From NCBI GenBank assembly GCA_041651115.1, contig JBAZJY010000003.1:3188-67187 (forward strand): a DNA stretch of 64,000 nt. Reading direction: 5' to 3'. The position numbers and the translations under genes were made by a program. The stretch is from Candidatus Omnitrophota bacterium (GTDB taxonomy: Bacteria; Omnitrophota; Gorgyraeia; Gygaellales; Profunditerraquicolaceae). Every line of letters begins with the position of its first letter. Position 1 is the stretch's first letter. The notes beneath the pieces were generated by a model that saw only the letters and a list, made by a program, of their open reading frames with translations, searched no databases and had not been told where the DNA came from. Positions 53,567 through 63,321 of the stretch are shown piece after piece.

Positions 53567-55359
53567 ATTTTTAATACCTCCAAAAATGCCTCTTGCGGGA
53601 TTTCTACCCTGCCGAATTGCTTAAGCCGCTTCTTGCCTTCCTTCTGCTTATCCCAAAGTTTACGTTTACGGGTGATATCCCCGCCGTAGCATTTGCTGGT
53701 TACTGCCTTTGCCAGCGCCCGGATCTTCTGCGAAGCAATAATCTGGCTGCCTACCGCTGCCTGGATCACAACTTCAAATACCTGCCGCGGGATCAACTCT
53801 CTAAGCTTGTCAACTAAGGCATGCGCCTTATGCGCAGCCTTATCCTTATGCATTAAAGAAGAAAACGCGTCGCAAACAATGCCGTTTAAAAGAATATCCA
53901 GTTTTACCAGCTTAGTCGGCAGATAATCGCTGAATTCATAATCAATAGAACCGTAGCCCTTGGTCAGTGATTTCATCCGGTCATAAAAATCCACGATGAT
54001 CTCCGAAAGCGGGATCTCAAATACCACCTTCACCCTATCCTCTCCCAGATAATCGCTGGAACGGAATGTCCCCCGCCGCGATTTAGCCAGTTCGCATACC
54101 AGGTCAATGGTATCCACGGGAATGATCATCAATAAATTCACATAAGGCTCATACGCCTCTAAAACGTCCTGCGGCGAGAATTTTGCCGGGGTATCTACCT
54201 CAATGACCGCGCCGTCCCTGCCTTTTACTTTATAGACTACATTCGGGACAGTAAGTATCAAATTTAAATTATATTCCCGCTCTAATCGTTCCTGCACGAT
54301 CTCCATATGCAAAAGGCCTAAGAATCCGCAGCGGAAACCAAAACCGAATGACTGTGAATTTTCCGGCTCAAATACGAACGAGGCGTCGGATAATTTCAGC
54401 TTATCCATTGCCTCGCGCAGGTCGGGAAAATCCGCGGCATTCACCGGATAGATGCCGCAGAAAACCAAAGGCTTAAGGATTTTGTAACCGGGTAGAACAC
54501 CGTCGCAAGGATTGCGGTTATCGGCGATCGTGTCGCCGATGATGATCTCGCGCGCGTCGCGGATATTGGCGGTAAAATAACCTACTTCGCCTGCGGTCAA
54601 ACTGCCGACTTTCGTATATTTGAGGTTTGCCAGAACGCCCAATTCTTCGATTTTATAAATCGTCCCGGAATGCATCATTTTAAGCGGGGTATTCGGCATA
54701 ACTTCTCCGTCCACTACCCTGACAAAAACTACCACTCCCTTAAAAGGATCATAACGGCAGTCAAAAACCAGCGCCTTCAAAGGCCGGCTGTTCTCCCCTG
54801 CCGGTTCAGGCACCACCTCAATGATCCGCTCTAAGATATCTTCAATGCCGATGCCTTCTTTGGCGGAAGCAAGAATAATCTCTTCTTCCTCAAACCCCAG
54901 GACAGTATTGATCTGCCGTTTTACACGCGGCAGATCAATGGCAGTCAAGTCGATCTTATTGATCACCGGGATTATTTTCAGGTTATTTTCCCGCGCCAGA
55001 TAATAATTCGCCACTGTCTGCGCTTCAATACCCTGGCCTGCATCCACGACCAGCACCGCGGCTTCGCAGGCAGCTAAAGATTTAGAAACTTCGTAAGTAA
55101 AATCTACGTGGCCGGGGGTATCAATGAGGTTCAGGATATAATCTTTACCGGTTTTTTTAGAACGATAGGCAAGCCTGACCATTGAGGCCTTAATGGTAAT
55201 GCCGCGCTCTCGCTCAAGGTCCATATCGTCTAAAAGCTGGGCGCGCGACGTCCGCTTATCTACCGCCCCGGTCAATTCAAGGATACGGTCGGCAAGTGTA
55301 GATTTGCCGTGGTCTATATGGGCGATTATTGAAAAATTACGGATCAAAGATTTATCCAT
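53563..55359 (-). CDS. lepA: translation elongation factor 4 (LepA/EF4)
   Basis: IRNFSIIAHIDHGKSTLADRIL G-domain plus the LepA-specific C-terminal domain. 598 aa. No SD visible upstream of the ATG. Confidence 0.9.
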   Translation of the reverse strand: MDKSLIRNFSIIAHIDHGKSTLADRILELTGAVDKRTSRAQLLDDMDLERERGITIKASMVRLAYRSKKTGKDYILNLIDTPGHVDFTYEVSKSLAACEAAVLVVDAGQGIEAQTVANYYLARENNLKIIPVINKIDLTAIDLPRVKRQINTVLGFEEEEIILASAKEGIGIEDILERIIEVVPEPAGENSRPLKALVFDCRYDPFKGVVVFVRVVDGEVMPNTPLKMMHSGTIYKIEELGVLANLKYTKVGSLTAGEVGYFTANIRDAREIIIGDTIADNRNPCDGVLPGYKILKPLVFCGIYPVNAADFPDLREAMDKLKLSDASFVFEPENSQSFGFGFRCGFLGLLHMEIVQERLEREYNLNLILTVPNVVYKVKGRDGAVIEVDTPAKFSPQDVLEAYEPYVNLLMIIPVDTIDLVCELAKSRRGTFRSSDYLGEDRVKVVFEIPLSEIIVDFYDRMKSLTKGYGSIDYEFSDYLPTKLVKLDILLNGIVCDAFSSLMHKDKAAHKAHALVDKLRELIPRQVFEVVIQAAVGSQIIASQKIRALAKAVTSKCYGGDITRKRKLWDKQKEGKKRLKQFGRVEIPQEAFLEVLKI

Positions 55360-55360
55360 A

Positions 55361-55500
55361 TGGTAATTTTAGGTTAAGTTATTAGGTTAAGGTTAAGAGG
55401 CCAGTATGGTAAATAGGTTAGGGTTAAGTATCAATGGCCTAAACTTAACCCTTAAACCATACCGGCTTCCTGCCCCTAACCCTAACCATAACCTACAGAT
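55361..55500. repeat. ~135-nt imperfect inverted repeat built from telomere-like heptamers (GGTTAAG/GGTTAGG ... CCCTAACC) between cmk and lepA
   Basis: Left arm GGTTAAGTTATTAGGTTAAGGTTAAG...GGTTAGGGTTAAGT. Right arm ACTTAACCCTTAAACC...CCCTAACCCTAACC is its approximate reverse complement. Immediately adjacent to the lepA start codon. Confidence 0.55.
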
Positions 55501-56146
55501 ATCCCGAAAGTGCTTTCACAACTTCTTCTATACTCATTTCCGTCGTATCTATGTAAATTGCGTCGTCTGCTTTCTTAAGCGGCGAATGCGAGCGCGTTGA
55601 ATCGATCGTGTCGCGGTTACACAGGTCAGCCTGAACGTCTTCTAAGGTAACGGCCTGGCCTGCGGCAATAAGTTCCTTATGCCGCCTTACTGCCCGCTCC
55701 TCAAACTGCGCGTCCACATAAAATTTCCTGTCTGCTGCGGGAAAAACCACGGTCCCGATATCGCGGCCGTCAAGCACGCTGTCTTTATAGGCCCCCAGCC
55801 GCCTTTGCAGCTTAACAAGGATCTCCCGCACTTCTTTTATCTTGGCTACGTCAGAAACAACGGCAGTAACCCGCGGCTCTCTGATCTCCTGCGAAACGTC
55901 GCGGCCGTCTAAAAATACTTTTAGCGGGCCTGCGCCGGGGTCATTTACCAGGTCGATATCGCTGGCTGATGCCATTTTCACTACCGCGGCAGCATCTTTA
56001 ATGTCAATCCCGGATTCAATCGCCTTTAATGCCAGGGCGCGGTACATTGCCCCGGTGTCAATATAAAGAAAGCCCAGTTTCTGGGCCAATAATTTCGCGA
56101 CTGTGCTCTTGCCCGCGCCTGCCGGGCCGTCAATGGCAATGATCAC
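55493..56146 (-). CDS. cmk: cytidylate kinase
   Basis: IIAIDGPAGAGKSTVAKLLAQKLGFLYIDTGAMYRA is the canonical Cmk N-terminus. Confidence 0.85.
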   Translation of the reverse strand: MIIAIDGPAGAGKSTVAKLLAQKLGFLYIDTGAMYRALALKAIESGIDIKDAAAVVKMASASDIDLVNDPGAGPLKVFLDGRDVSQEIREPRVTAVVSDVAKIKEVREILVKLQRRLGAYKDSVLDGRDIGTVVFPAADRKFYVDAQFEERAVRRHKELIAAGQAVTLEDVQADLCNRDTIDSTRSHSPLKKADDAIYIDTTEMSIEEVVKALSGYL

Positions 56147-56970
56147 AAATTGTCCCTTTTTTTCTTTGCCGATTTAAGGATTTTATTCAGGTTATTGATA
56201 TCTTTTGCCGCGATTGCTTTTTTTATCGCCGCGATATTTTTTTCCAGCGACCTGACCGCAAAAAGCAGGTTCTTGCGGTTGCTCAAAAAAATACTGCTCC
56301 AGATCTCACTGTCAGATGCGGCGATGCGCGTAGTATCACGCAATCCGCTTGCGGCAAATTTAAAATATTGCTGCGGCACGCTGTTGATCAATGAAAACGC
56401 GGCAATATGGGGCAGGTGGCTGACAAAAGAAAGCGCGCGGTCATGGCTTGCGGAAGGCATGACAATGACCTTTGCTCCGAGGCAAACCCATAACTTTCTC
56501 ACCTTTAATAGGACCTTTTTATCTGTCTTTGGCGTAGGGGTCAATATGCAGGTTGAGCCTTTGAACATCCCGGGATCTGAATTAGTAATGCCGCGCTTCT
56601 CCGATCCGGCCATCGGGTGGCTGCCCACATACCGGGGAAAGACCCGGCTAAGCTTTGTTACGATCGCCTGTTTTGTGCTTGCCACATCAAAGACAATGCA
56701 TTCCGGGCCGATAAGTTTGGCGATCTGCGGAGCAAGCCTTAATACGCTGCCTACGGGCACAGCAATGATCACCAGGTCTGCGCCGCGGATAACACTTAGG
56801 TCCTGCGACCCCTTATCAATGGCCCTACGGCGTTTTGCCAGCAACAGATTCTTCTTATGACGGCTGGTGCCCACGACCGTACCCGCCAGATTATTTTTCT
56901 TTATTGCCGCAGCAATCGAACCGCCGATCAGGCCAACTCCGATAACCGCGACTTTTTTAAATAGTCTCAT
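56143..56970 (-). CDS. tyrA: prephenate/arogenate dehydrogenase
   Basis: VAVIGVGLIGGSIAAAIK Rossmann motif. GSHPMAG... consistent with the TyrA family. Confidence 0.7.
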   Translation of the reverse strand: MRLFKKVAVIGVGLIGGSIAAAIKKNNLAGTVVGTSRHKKNLLLAKRRRAIDKGSQDLSVIRGADLVIIAVPVGSVLRLAPQIAKLIGPECIVFDVASTKQAIVTKLSRVFPRYVGSHPMAGSEKRGITNSDPGMFKGSTCILTPTPKTDKKVLLKVRKLWVCLGAKVIVMPSASHDRALSFVSHLPHIAAFSLINSVPQQYFKFAASGLRDTTRIAASDSEIWSSIFLSNRKNLLFAVRSLEKNIAAIKKAIAAKDINNLNKILKSAKKKRDNL

Positions 56971-56972
56971 CT

Positions 56973-57989
56973 TTAAACTTCCCTACCTACTGCCCTTGCC
57001 ACGCTTTTCAAGCTTTCTACCAGCTGGGCAAAATTTGACGGGATCAATGACTGTACGCCGTCTGAAAGCGCGTCTTCCGGATGGCAATGCACTTCAATGA
57101 TCAAACCGTCTGCGCCGCAGGCGACTGCTGCCCTGGAAAGCGGGGCAACTAAACCCCATTTGCCTGCAGCGTGGCTCGGGTCAACGATGATCGGAAGATG
57201 CGAAAGTTGCTTGATCACCGGCACCGCGCTGATATCCAGGGTATTGCGCGTAGAATCTTCAAAGGTCCGGATGCCGCGCTCGCATAAAATAATATTAAAA
57301 TTCCCTCCGGCGGCAATATATTCCGCGGACATCAATAATTCCTTGATCGTTGAAGACAGGCCGCGCTTCAAGAGTACCGGCTTTTTCGTCTGGCCGATCT
57401 CTTTTAATAAATGGAAATTCTGCATATTGCGCGCGCCGACCTGCAGCACATCCACATAGCGCGAGACCAGGTCCACGTCTCCGGAATCCATCACCTCGCT
57501 TACCGTGACCATATCCAATTCATCGCCGGCTTTTTTCAAATACTCCAGGCCTTCTTTTCCCAGGCCCTGGAAGCTGTAAGGCGAGGAACGCGGCTTAAAT
57601 GCGCCGCCGCGCAGCACCTTTGCCCCGGCCTTTTTCACTTCTTTAGCAATATCAAAAAGGGTCTGATAATTTTCTATCGCGCAAGGCCCGGCCATCATCA
57701 CCAGCTTATTGCCGCCGATCTTTACCCCCTTACCAAGGTCAATGAGCGAACCTTCTTTGCGAAATTCCCGGGAAACCAGCTTATACGGGGCAAGCACCGG
57801 CATAACTTGTTCTACGCCGGGAAAAACTTCCAAAGGAGTAACGCGTAAAATATCCTCCGGCCCGATAACGCCGATTATCGTGCGCTCCGTGCCTTTGGAA
57901 ACATGCGGCTTAAGGCCGAGTTTCTGCACGCGCTCAATTATATGGTTTATCTGTTCATCTGTTGCGTCAGGCCTTAATACGATAATCAT
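56973..57989 (-). CDS. 3-deoxy-7-phosphoheptulonate (DAHP) synthase, type I-beta with N-terminal regulatory domain
   Basis: N-terminal ACT/ferredoxin-like domain (MIIVLRPDATDEQINHII...). Then MMAGPCAIE...KVLRGGAFKPRSSPYSFQGLG, the DAHPS/KDO8PS TIM-barrel motifs. Confidence 0.8.
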   Translation of the reverse strand: MIIVLRPDATDEQINHIIERVQKLGLKPHVSKGTERTIIGVIGPEDILRVTPLEVFPGVEQVMPVLAPYKLVSREFRKEGSLIDLGKGVKIGGNKLVMMAGPCAIENYQTLFDIAKEVKKAGAKVLRGGAFKPRSSPYSFQGLGKEGLEYLKKAGDELDMVTVSEVMDSGDVDLVSRYVDVLQVGARNMQNFHLLKEIGQTKKPVLLKRGLSSTIKELLMSAEYIAAGGNFNIILCERGIRTFEDSTRNTLDISAVPVIKQLSHLPIIVDPSHAAGKWGLVAPLSRAAVACGADGLIIEVHCHPEDALSDGVQSLIPSNFAQLVESLKSVARAVGREV

Positions 57990-58007
57990 AAATACCCCCT
58001 TATATCT

Positions 58008-58250
58008 TTACCAGACCTTCACCAAAAAAGCCATCAATGAAACTATCAAAAAGGCAATGCCAAGGCTTATCCTGCGCTTGGGATGGCCCATGAAAAATTT
58101 ATCCAGATCTATGGTCTTTGATAAAAAGTGGCTGATCGCGGAGGTTATGTGGGCGCCGAGCACGGCATCCAGGCCGAATACTAATCCGCCCAAGCCGATA
58201 AAGAAAGAAACCTTTTTGATCAAAAGCACCGTTGCTAAATTCTCATCCAT
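58008..58250 (-). CDS. hypothetical small membrane protein (80 aa, 2 TM)
   Basis: ORF on the coding strand between hisC and the DAHP synthase gene. Two hydrophobic helices. No motif recognised. Confidence 0.3.
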   Translation of the reverse strand: MDENLATVLLIKKVSFFIGLGGLVFGLDAVLGAHITSAISHFLSKTIDLDKFFMGHPKRRISLGIAFLIVSLMAFLVKVW

Positions 58251-58266
58251 TTCTTGCCCCCCCTCG

Positions 58267-59358
58267 TTATGAAATTTTCTTTAACGCCTCCACGAACTTC
58301 CGGTTTTCCTTTTTTGTACCGATGGTTACGCGGATAAAATTCTTTAAGCCGTATTGTTTCATGTCCCTGACAATCACTCCGCGCTTAAGCAGGTCCTTGA
58401 ATACAGCCGAGCCGTCCCTGCCTGTATCAACCAGTATAAAATTGGCTACTGACGGTACAAAGGCAAGCCCCATTTTCTTCAACTCCTCATAAAGGTAATT
58501 CTTACCTTCCAGTACTGCCCTGCGCGATTTCTGCAGGAATTTTTTATCGTCAAGGGCCGCTGCGGCAGCAGCCTGGGCCAAGCTATTCACGTTAAACGGC
58601 TGGCGCGCTTTTTCCATTGCCTGGATCAATTCCTGCTTGGCAACGGCATAACCAACGCGCAAGCCCGCAAGGCCGTAAACCTTAGAGAACGTCTTCAGAA
58701 TAATCACATTCCCGCCGCCAATGTGGCTGATGCTTGAAGGAAAATCATTCACGTCAATGAAAGTCTCATAAGCCTCATCAAGCACGAGTAAAACATCGTC
58801 CGGCAGGCTCTTAAGGAATTCCTGCACTTCATGGCGCGTAATATAGGTACCGGTCGGGTTATTGGGATTGGCGATAAATATTGTCTTTGTTTTCCTGTCA
58901 ATCTTTTTCCTGATCGCTTCAAGGTCAAATTTAAAATATTTCAGCGGCGCGGTGACCACCTTGCGGTTATTTACCTTGGCAATGATCGCGTATTCAAGGA
59001 ACGTGGTATCGGCGGTAACAATGTTCTCATCTTCCTCAACAAAGGTCTTGATGATAATATCGATGATCTCATCCGAGCCGTTACCCAGAAGGATATTTGC
59101 CGGTTTAAGGTTAAGGCAGCGCGCCAGCTTCTTCTTCAGGTAAAATCCTCCGGAATCCGGATAGCGGTTGATCTTACCGAGGCTTTTCCTTATTGCCTCG
59201 ATCGCCTTAGGGGGCGCCCCAAGCGGATTTTCATTAGAAGCAAGCTTGATCACGTCCTTAAGGCCGAACTCGCGCTTTGTCTCTTCAATCGGCTTTCCCG
59301 CGATATACGGAGTTATCTCAGCTATATTTTTTCTTACCAGATCTTTCATCATAATCAC
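58267..59358 (-). CDS. hisC: histidinol-phosphate/aromatic aminotransferase (class II PLP aminotransferase)
   Basis: KLASNENPLGAPPKA...YPD N-terminal motif. PLP-lysine region (TFSKVYGLAGLRVGY). GTG start at 59358 or ATG at 59352/59349. Confidence 0.75.
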   Translation of the reverse strand: MIMMKDLVRKNIAEITPYIAGKPIEETKREFGLKDVIKLASNENPLGAPPKAIEAIRKSLGKINRYPDSGGFYLKKKLARCLNLKPANILLGNGSDEIIDIIIKTFVEEDENIVTADTTFLEYAIIAKVNNRKVVTAPLKYFKFDLEAIRKKIDRKTKTIFIANPNNPTGTYITRHEVQEFLKSLPDDVLLVLDEAYETFIDVNDFPSSISHIGGGNVIILKTFSKVYGLAGLRVGYAVAKQELIQAMEKARQPFNVNSLAQAAAAAALDDKKFLQKSRRAVLEGKNYLYEELKKMGLAFVPSVANFILVDTGRDGSAVFKDLLKRGVIVRDMKQYGLKNFIRVTIGTKKENRKFVEALKKIS

Positions 59359-59386
59359 CTAATGCCTATCACCTAACACCTAATTA
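59355..59386. repeat. tandem heptanucleotide repeats (mRNA strand TTAGGTG TTAGGTG ATAGGCA TTAGGTG AT) at the pheA-hisC junction
   Basis: Same GTYAGGT family as at the gatC-gatA junction. Gives AGGTGAT SD-like motifs 4-8 nt before the hisC start codons. Confidence 0.65.
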
Positions 59387-60445
59387 TTCCCCCACCGGAT
59401 ATGATCCGAGGACCTTCATGAATTTACATTTTCCTTCCAGCTCTTGCAGCGCTTTTTTTACCCTGATTTCGCTTACATGCCCCTGAAGATCAACGTAGAA
59501 ATAATAGTCCCATGCCTTTTTCTTGGAAGGCCGTGACTCGATCTTTGTCAGGTTAAGCTTATATTTTTTAAAAGGTAAAAGCATGTCATGCAGCGCGCCG
59601 ACTTTGTCCTTAATAGAAAACATTATTGACGTGCGGTCATTGCCGGTTGCCGGGACGTCGGATTTTCCGATCACAAGGAACCGGGTGATGTTATGCGGAG
59701 AATCTTCTATGCCGGAAGCGATTACCTTGAGCTTATATATTTTTGCCGCCAAGAGCGAAGCAATACAGGCGCTGCCTTTTTCTTTCGCAGCGATCTGCGC
59801 GGCGCGAGTGGTACTGGAAACCTCTATTTTCTGCGCGCAGGCAAGGTTCTTCTCAAGCCACAGCCGGCATTGCCCGAATACGTTCGGATTGGAATACACT
59901 TTTTTAATTTTATTTTTTGGGCAATTCGCCAAAAGATTATGCGATATATCAAGGATTATCTGGCTGCAGATCTTTAGATCCGAGTCAATGAACATATCCA
60001 ACGTATAGCTGATCGCTCCTTCAATGGAATTTTCTATCGGCACCACACCGTAATCGGCATTACCTCTTTCCACTTCCAAAAATACCTCGCCGATAGAATC
60101 ACAGGCAAGATACTCTACCTGCGTGCCGAATCTTTTTATTGCCGCAAGATTGCTGAAAGATGCCTCGGGCCCCATATAAGCGACCTTCATCGCCTTACCT
60201 AGCGCAAGGCTGGACGACATGATCTCCCGGTATATTGCTTCCAAAGCCCCGGTGCCAAGCGGCCCCCTGCCAAGCGATGCTACTTTTTTCAAGACTTCTC
60301 TTTCGCGGTCAGGCGAATAAACGCTTTTTCCGGAGCTGATCTTTACCTTAGCAATGCCGGAGCTGACCTTGGCGCGCGCGTTCAAAAGCCCGATGATCTT
60401 TTTATCAATGCCGTCAATTTCCTTCCGTAGCTTTTGCAGGCTCAT
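59384..60445 (-). CDS. pheA: bifunctional chorismate mutase / prephenate dehydratase with ACT domain
   Basis: N-terminal chorismate-mutase helix (LRKEIDGIDKKIIGLLNARAKV). PDT domain. C-terminal ACT (IMFSIKDKVGALHDMLLPF). Confidence 0.8.
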   Translation of the reverse strand: MSLQKLRKEIDGIDKKIIGLLNARAKVSSGIAKVKISSGKSVYSPDREREVLKKVASLGRGPLGTGALEAIYREIMSSSLALGKAMKVAYMGPEASFSNLAAIKRFGTQVEYLACDSIGEVFLEVERGNADYGVVPIENSIEGAISYTLDMFIDSDLKICSQIILDISHNLLANCPKNKIKKVYSNPNVFGQCRLWLEKNLACAQKIEVSSTTRAAQIAAKEKGSACIASLLAAKIYKLKVIASGIEDSPHNITRFLVIGKSDVPATGNDRTSIMFSIKDKVGALHDMLLPFKKYKLNLTKIESRPSKKKAWDYYFYVDLQGHVSEIRVKKALQELEGKCKFMKVLGSYPVGE

Positions 60446-61010
60446 CTTTCTTCTCCTCTACCTTTTCTTCTGCCTTTTCCTCTATTATTTTTGGCTCGGA
60501 AAAATCTTCCATCTTAGGCAAGTCTTCCAGGGACTTTAAACCGAAATGTTCCAGGAATTGCCGTGTTGTCCCGTATACGATCGGCCGTCCGGGCGCGTTC
60601 TTTCTACCGGTGATACGGATCAACCCCTTTTCAAGCAGGCTGGACATTACGCCGTCAACGTTCACGTTCCTTAAAGATTCAATTTCAATCTTTGTCAACG
60701 GCTGTTTATAGGCAATGATCGCCAGTGTTTCAAGCGCCGGCTTGGAAAGTTTTTCTGCCCTGCGCTGTTTATACATTTTTCTTAAAAACGGCGCCAGCGC
60801 AGGCGGAGTGATCATCCTGAAACCCCCGGCAACCTCGGTAATGCGGATGCCGCGGTTTGATTCTTCATATCCGGCGTTGAGCTCGGCAACGACCTTGCGC
60901 ACCCCATTGGCGTCAAGGCCGTCAACAACGTCTTTTATCTGTTCGATAGTCAGCGGCTTTTCGCTGATAAAAAGCATTGCCTCAACTACAGCGTGCGTAT
61001 TTTCCAGCAT
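60414..61010 (-). CDS. scpB: segregation and condensation protein B
   Basis: VEAMLFISEKPLTIEQIKDV and two winged-helix repeats. 198 aa. Confidence 0.8.
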   Translation of the reverse strand: MLENTHAVVEAMLFISEKPLTIEQIKDVVDGLDANGVRKVVAELNAGYEESNRGIRITEVAGGFRMITPPALAPFLRKMYKQRRAEKLSKPALETLAIIAYKQPLTKIEIESLRNVNVDGVMSSLLEKGLIRITGRKNAPGRPIVYGTTRQFLEHFGLKSLEDLPKMEDFSEPKIIEEKAEEKVEEKKDEPAKATEGN

Positions 61011-61017
61011 ATCTCTT

Positions 61018-61093
61018 TAGGGACGGTTCTCAGACCAAGGGAAAAGTGTCCCCATTCGGGGACATTTTTCTCCTTGGCCGAGAACCGTCCCTA
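61018..61093. repeat. ~76-bp nested palindromic intergenic element, copy 2
   Basis: TAGGGACGGTTCTCA...GTGTCCCC-ATTC-GGGGACAT...GAGAACCGTCCCTA. Fills the gap between the ruvA stop (61091) and the scpB start (61010). Termini identical to copy 1 at 30041-30117. Confidence 0.6.
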
Positions 61094-61717
61094 TCCCATT
61101 TTCCTCTGTTTATATACCTCATTAAGCAGCTCTTCAGTGGTCTCGATATCCGGCGATCTTTCCAGCGCTTTCCTGACCATGGCCTGGGCTTCCGATTTCT
61201 TATATTCCAGCTGGGTCAATACTGCCATCGCTTCTTCCTGAATATCGCGGGTTTCCGCCCCCGGCTCTCTCCTGCCGGCATCCTGGATCAGGCCGAACTT
61301 GCCGACTTTATTTTGCAGCTTGGCAACGATCTCTTTTGCCCGCTGTTGGCCGATACCGGGTAAAGATTTCAGGAAGTCAATATTTGCTTCATCTATTGCC
61401 TGCGCAATCAATGATATCGGCTTATTAAGCGCCCTGACTGCCGCGCGCGGCCCGATGCCTGAAACCGTAATGAATGCTTCAAAAAATTCTTTTTCTATTT
61501 CATTTAAAAAACCTATCAATACCGGGATGCTGCGCGAAGGCTCGACCTGGTGATAATGGTAAGTAATCAGGCTTACCGGCCCCTCGCCCGGCACATTCTC
61601 GTCAATATTCTGCATCACTGCCTGCGGGATAAGCACCTCATAGCAGAACCCGCCGGCTTCAAGGATAAGAAAGCCGCTTCCCCTCTCGATTATTTTTCCC
61701 GAAATGCGCGCGATCAT
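61091..61717 (-). CDS. ruvA: Holliday junction branch-migration complex subunit RuvA
   Basis: MIARISGKIIERGSGFLILEAGGFCYEVLIP N-terminal OB fold. HhH motifs (LPGIGQQRAKEIV). Confidence 0.85.
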   Translation of the reverse strand: MIARISGKIIERGSGFLILEAGGFCYEVLIPQAVMQNIDENVPGEGPVSLITYHYHQVEPSRSIPVLIGFLNEIEKEFFEAFITVSGIGPRAAVRALNKPISLIAQAIDEANIDFLKSLPGIGQQRAKEIVAKLQNKVGKFGLIQDAGRREPGAETRDIQEEAMAVLTQLEYKKSEAQAMVRKALERSPDIETTEELLNEVYKQRKMG

Positions 61718-62196
61718 AGCTTAAATTTTATGATATTTGAATGCGCGATTGCCAGCGCCAGGGCATCGGTCACATCCAGGTATTCCGGCAGCTTCTTAAG
61801 ATTAAGCAAATTTGCCACCATTCTCTGGACCTGATACTTTGATGCCATGCCGTTTCCGGCAATTGCTTTTTTTATGCGCGTGGCCGCGTATTCAACTACC
61901 GGCACGCCTGCTTCAGCCGCTGCCAGGTATATTACGCCCCTGGCGTGGCCCAATAAATACGACGTAGTTGGATGATGATAATGCGCAAATAATTTTTCCA
62001 ACACCATCACATCCGGCTTGGTTTCCGAGATAAGGTCGGTTATGCCCCGGAATATTTTGCTTAAACGCTGCGATAAAAGCTGCTTGGCAGAAGTCTTGAT
62101 GATGCCTGCTTCAAGCAGCTGCGGGCTGCTACGCTGGAAATCCACAATGCCGTAGCCGGTGATTGTCAGCGCCGGGTCAACCCCTAATATCCTCAT
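61714..62196 (-). CDS. ruvC: Holliday junction resolvase RuvC
   Basis: MRILGVDPALTITGYGIV catalytic Asp motif. 160 aa. Confidence 0.85.
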   Translation of the reverse strand: MRILGVDPALTITGYGIVDFQRSSPQLLEAGIIKTSAKQLLSQRLSKIFRGITDLISETKPDVMVLEKLFAHYHHPTTSYLLGHARGVIYLAAAEAGVPVVEYAATRIKKAIAGNGMASKYQVQRMVANLLNLKKLPEYLDVTDALALAIAHSNIIKFKL

Positions 62197-62954
62197 TCTT
62201 CAGATGACGCAGCGATCTGCTCCATTATCTCATCCGGTATGTCAAAATTAGCATAGACCTGTTGGACATCATCATGCTCTTCCAGCGCGTCAATAAGCGT
62301 TAATACCTGCTTCGCTTCATTACCCGCGACCTTCACGCTTGAAGAAGGTATCATCGTCAGTTCTGCGTCCTGCCACTTTATGCCTTTATCCTGTATCGCC
62401 TTTTTTACATTTTCCAGGTCCTGCACGGCGGTAGTGATTTCATAATTCTTATCATCGGATTTGAAATCCTCTGCGCCTGCTTCAAGGGCGATATTCATCA
62501 GTTCGTCCTCTTTAGCCTGCGATTTCTCAATCAGGATATAACCTTTCTTGGCAAACATCCAGCTTACCGCGCCGGCGCCTGCCATATTCGCGCCTTTTTT
62601 GGACATTATGTTACGGATCTCCGCGGTGGTGCGATTCTTGTTATCGGTCAGCGCCTCGATCAATATTGCCACGCCGCCCGGGCCATAGGCTTCATACATA
62701 ACTGTCTCGTATACAACGCCGGGAAGCTCGCCGGTACCGCGCTTAATCGCCATTTTAACGTTGTCATTGGGCATATTAGCTTCTTTTGCCTTTTGCATGA
62801 CTGCGCGTAATTTAGGATTGGTATCGGGGTTACCGCCGCCTTCACGGGCAAGCACGGTAAGCTCTTTAATGATCTTCGTATAGGTTGCCCCTTTTTTGGC
62901 GTCAGCCGCCATTTTTTTACCCTTATTTGTTTTCCATTTAGAGTGACCTGACAT
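62193..62954 (-). CDS. yebC: YebC/PmpR family DNA-binding transcriptional regulator
   Basis: MSGHSKWKTNKGKK...AKKGATYTKIIKEL is the YebC signature. AGGAGG SD upstream. Confidence 0.85.
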   Translation of the reverse strand: MSGHSKWKTNKGKKMAADAKKGATYTKIIKELTVLAREGGGNPDTNPKLRAVMQKAKEANMPNDNVKMAIKRGTGELPGVVYETVMYEAYGPGGVAILIEALTDNKNRTTAEIRNIMSKKGANMAGAGAVSWMFAKKGYILIEKSQAKEDELMNIALEAGAEDFKSDDKNYEITTAVQDLENVKKAIQDKGIKWQDAELTMIPSSSVKVAGNEAKQVLTLIDALEEHDDVQQVYANFDIPDEIMEQIAASSEE

Positions 62955-62989
62955 CTGTTCCTCCTATTTTTTGTTTTTAATTAATAGAC

Positions 62990-63320
62990 AAGCAGGATAA
63001 GCCGGGTTCTGTGTGGGATGCGAATATCCGCTTCCTAAAGTGGCCATTCCTCTAAACCCCGGCGTTGCCGCCGGGATCAAGCAGCCTACCCGAGACTATT
63101 AACGGAGAGGCACTCCTCGTCTCTTATTCGGCCTTGCTCCTCGTAGAGATTGCTCGTTTCACCCCCGCCGTTTTGAGGCGGCGGGACTCGTCTCTGTAGC
63201 TCTGATCCTCACCCCGGCAATACTGCCTGAGCGGACGGGTGTTACCCGCTACGGTGCCTTCTGGAGCCCGGACTTTCCTCCCCCGCAGCTTAAACTGCGG
63301 GGGCAGCCACATCCTGCCTG
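62990..63320 (-). ncRNA. rnpB: RNase P RNA (bacterial type A)
   Basis: Minus strand contains GGAAAGTCCGGGCTCC (P4 5' strand), a P3 hairpin CCCGCAG..CTGCGGG, GGGTAGGCTGCTTGA and 3' ACAGAACCCGGCTTATC. The P1 strands GCAGGAT/ATCCTGC pair. The ORF 63124..63312 in the track is therefore spurious. Confidence 0.8.
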
Positions 63321-63321
63321 C

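Noticed and set aside
55361-55500. (CCCTAA)n / (TTAGGG)n motif as a genuine telomeric repeat or sign of eukaryotic contamination.
   Set aside because: There are only about two perfect units. It is embedded in a bacterial operon between cmk and lepA. It forms an inverted repeat with its own complement. Flanking genes are typical bacterial.
63124-63312. 62-aa ORF on the minus strand.
   Set aside because: It lies wholly within the RNase P RNA gene. The conserved P4 sequence GGAAAGTCCGGGCTCC is inside it.
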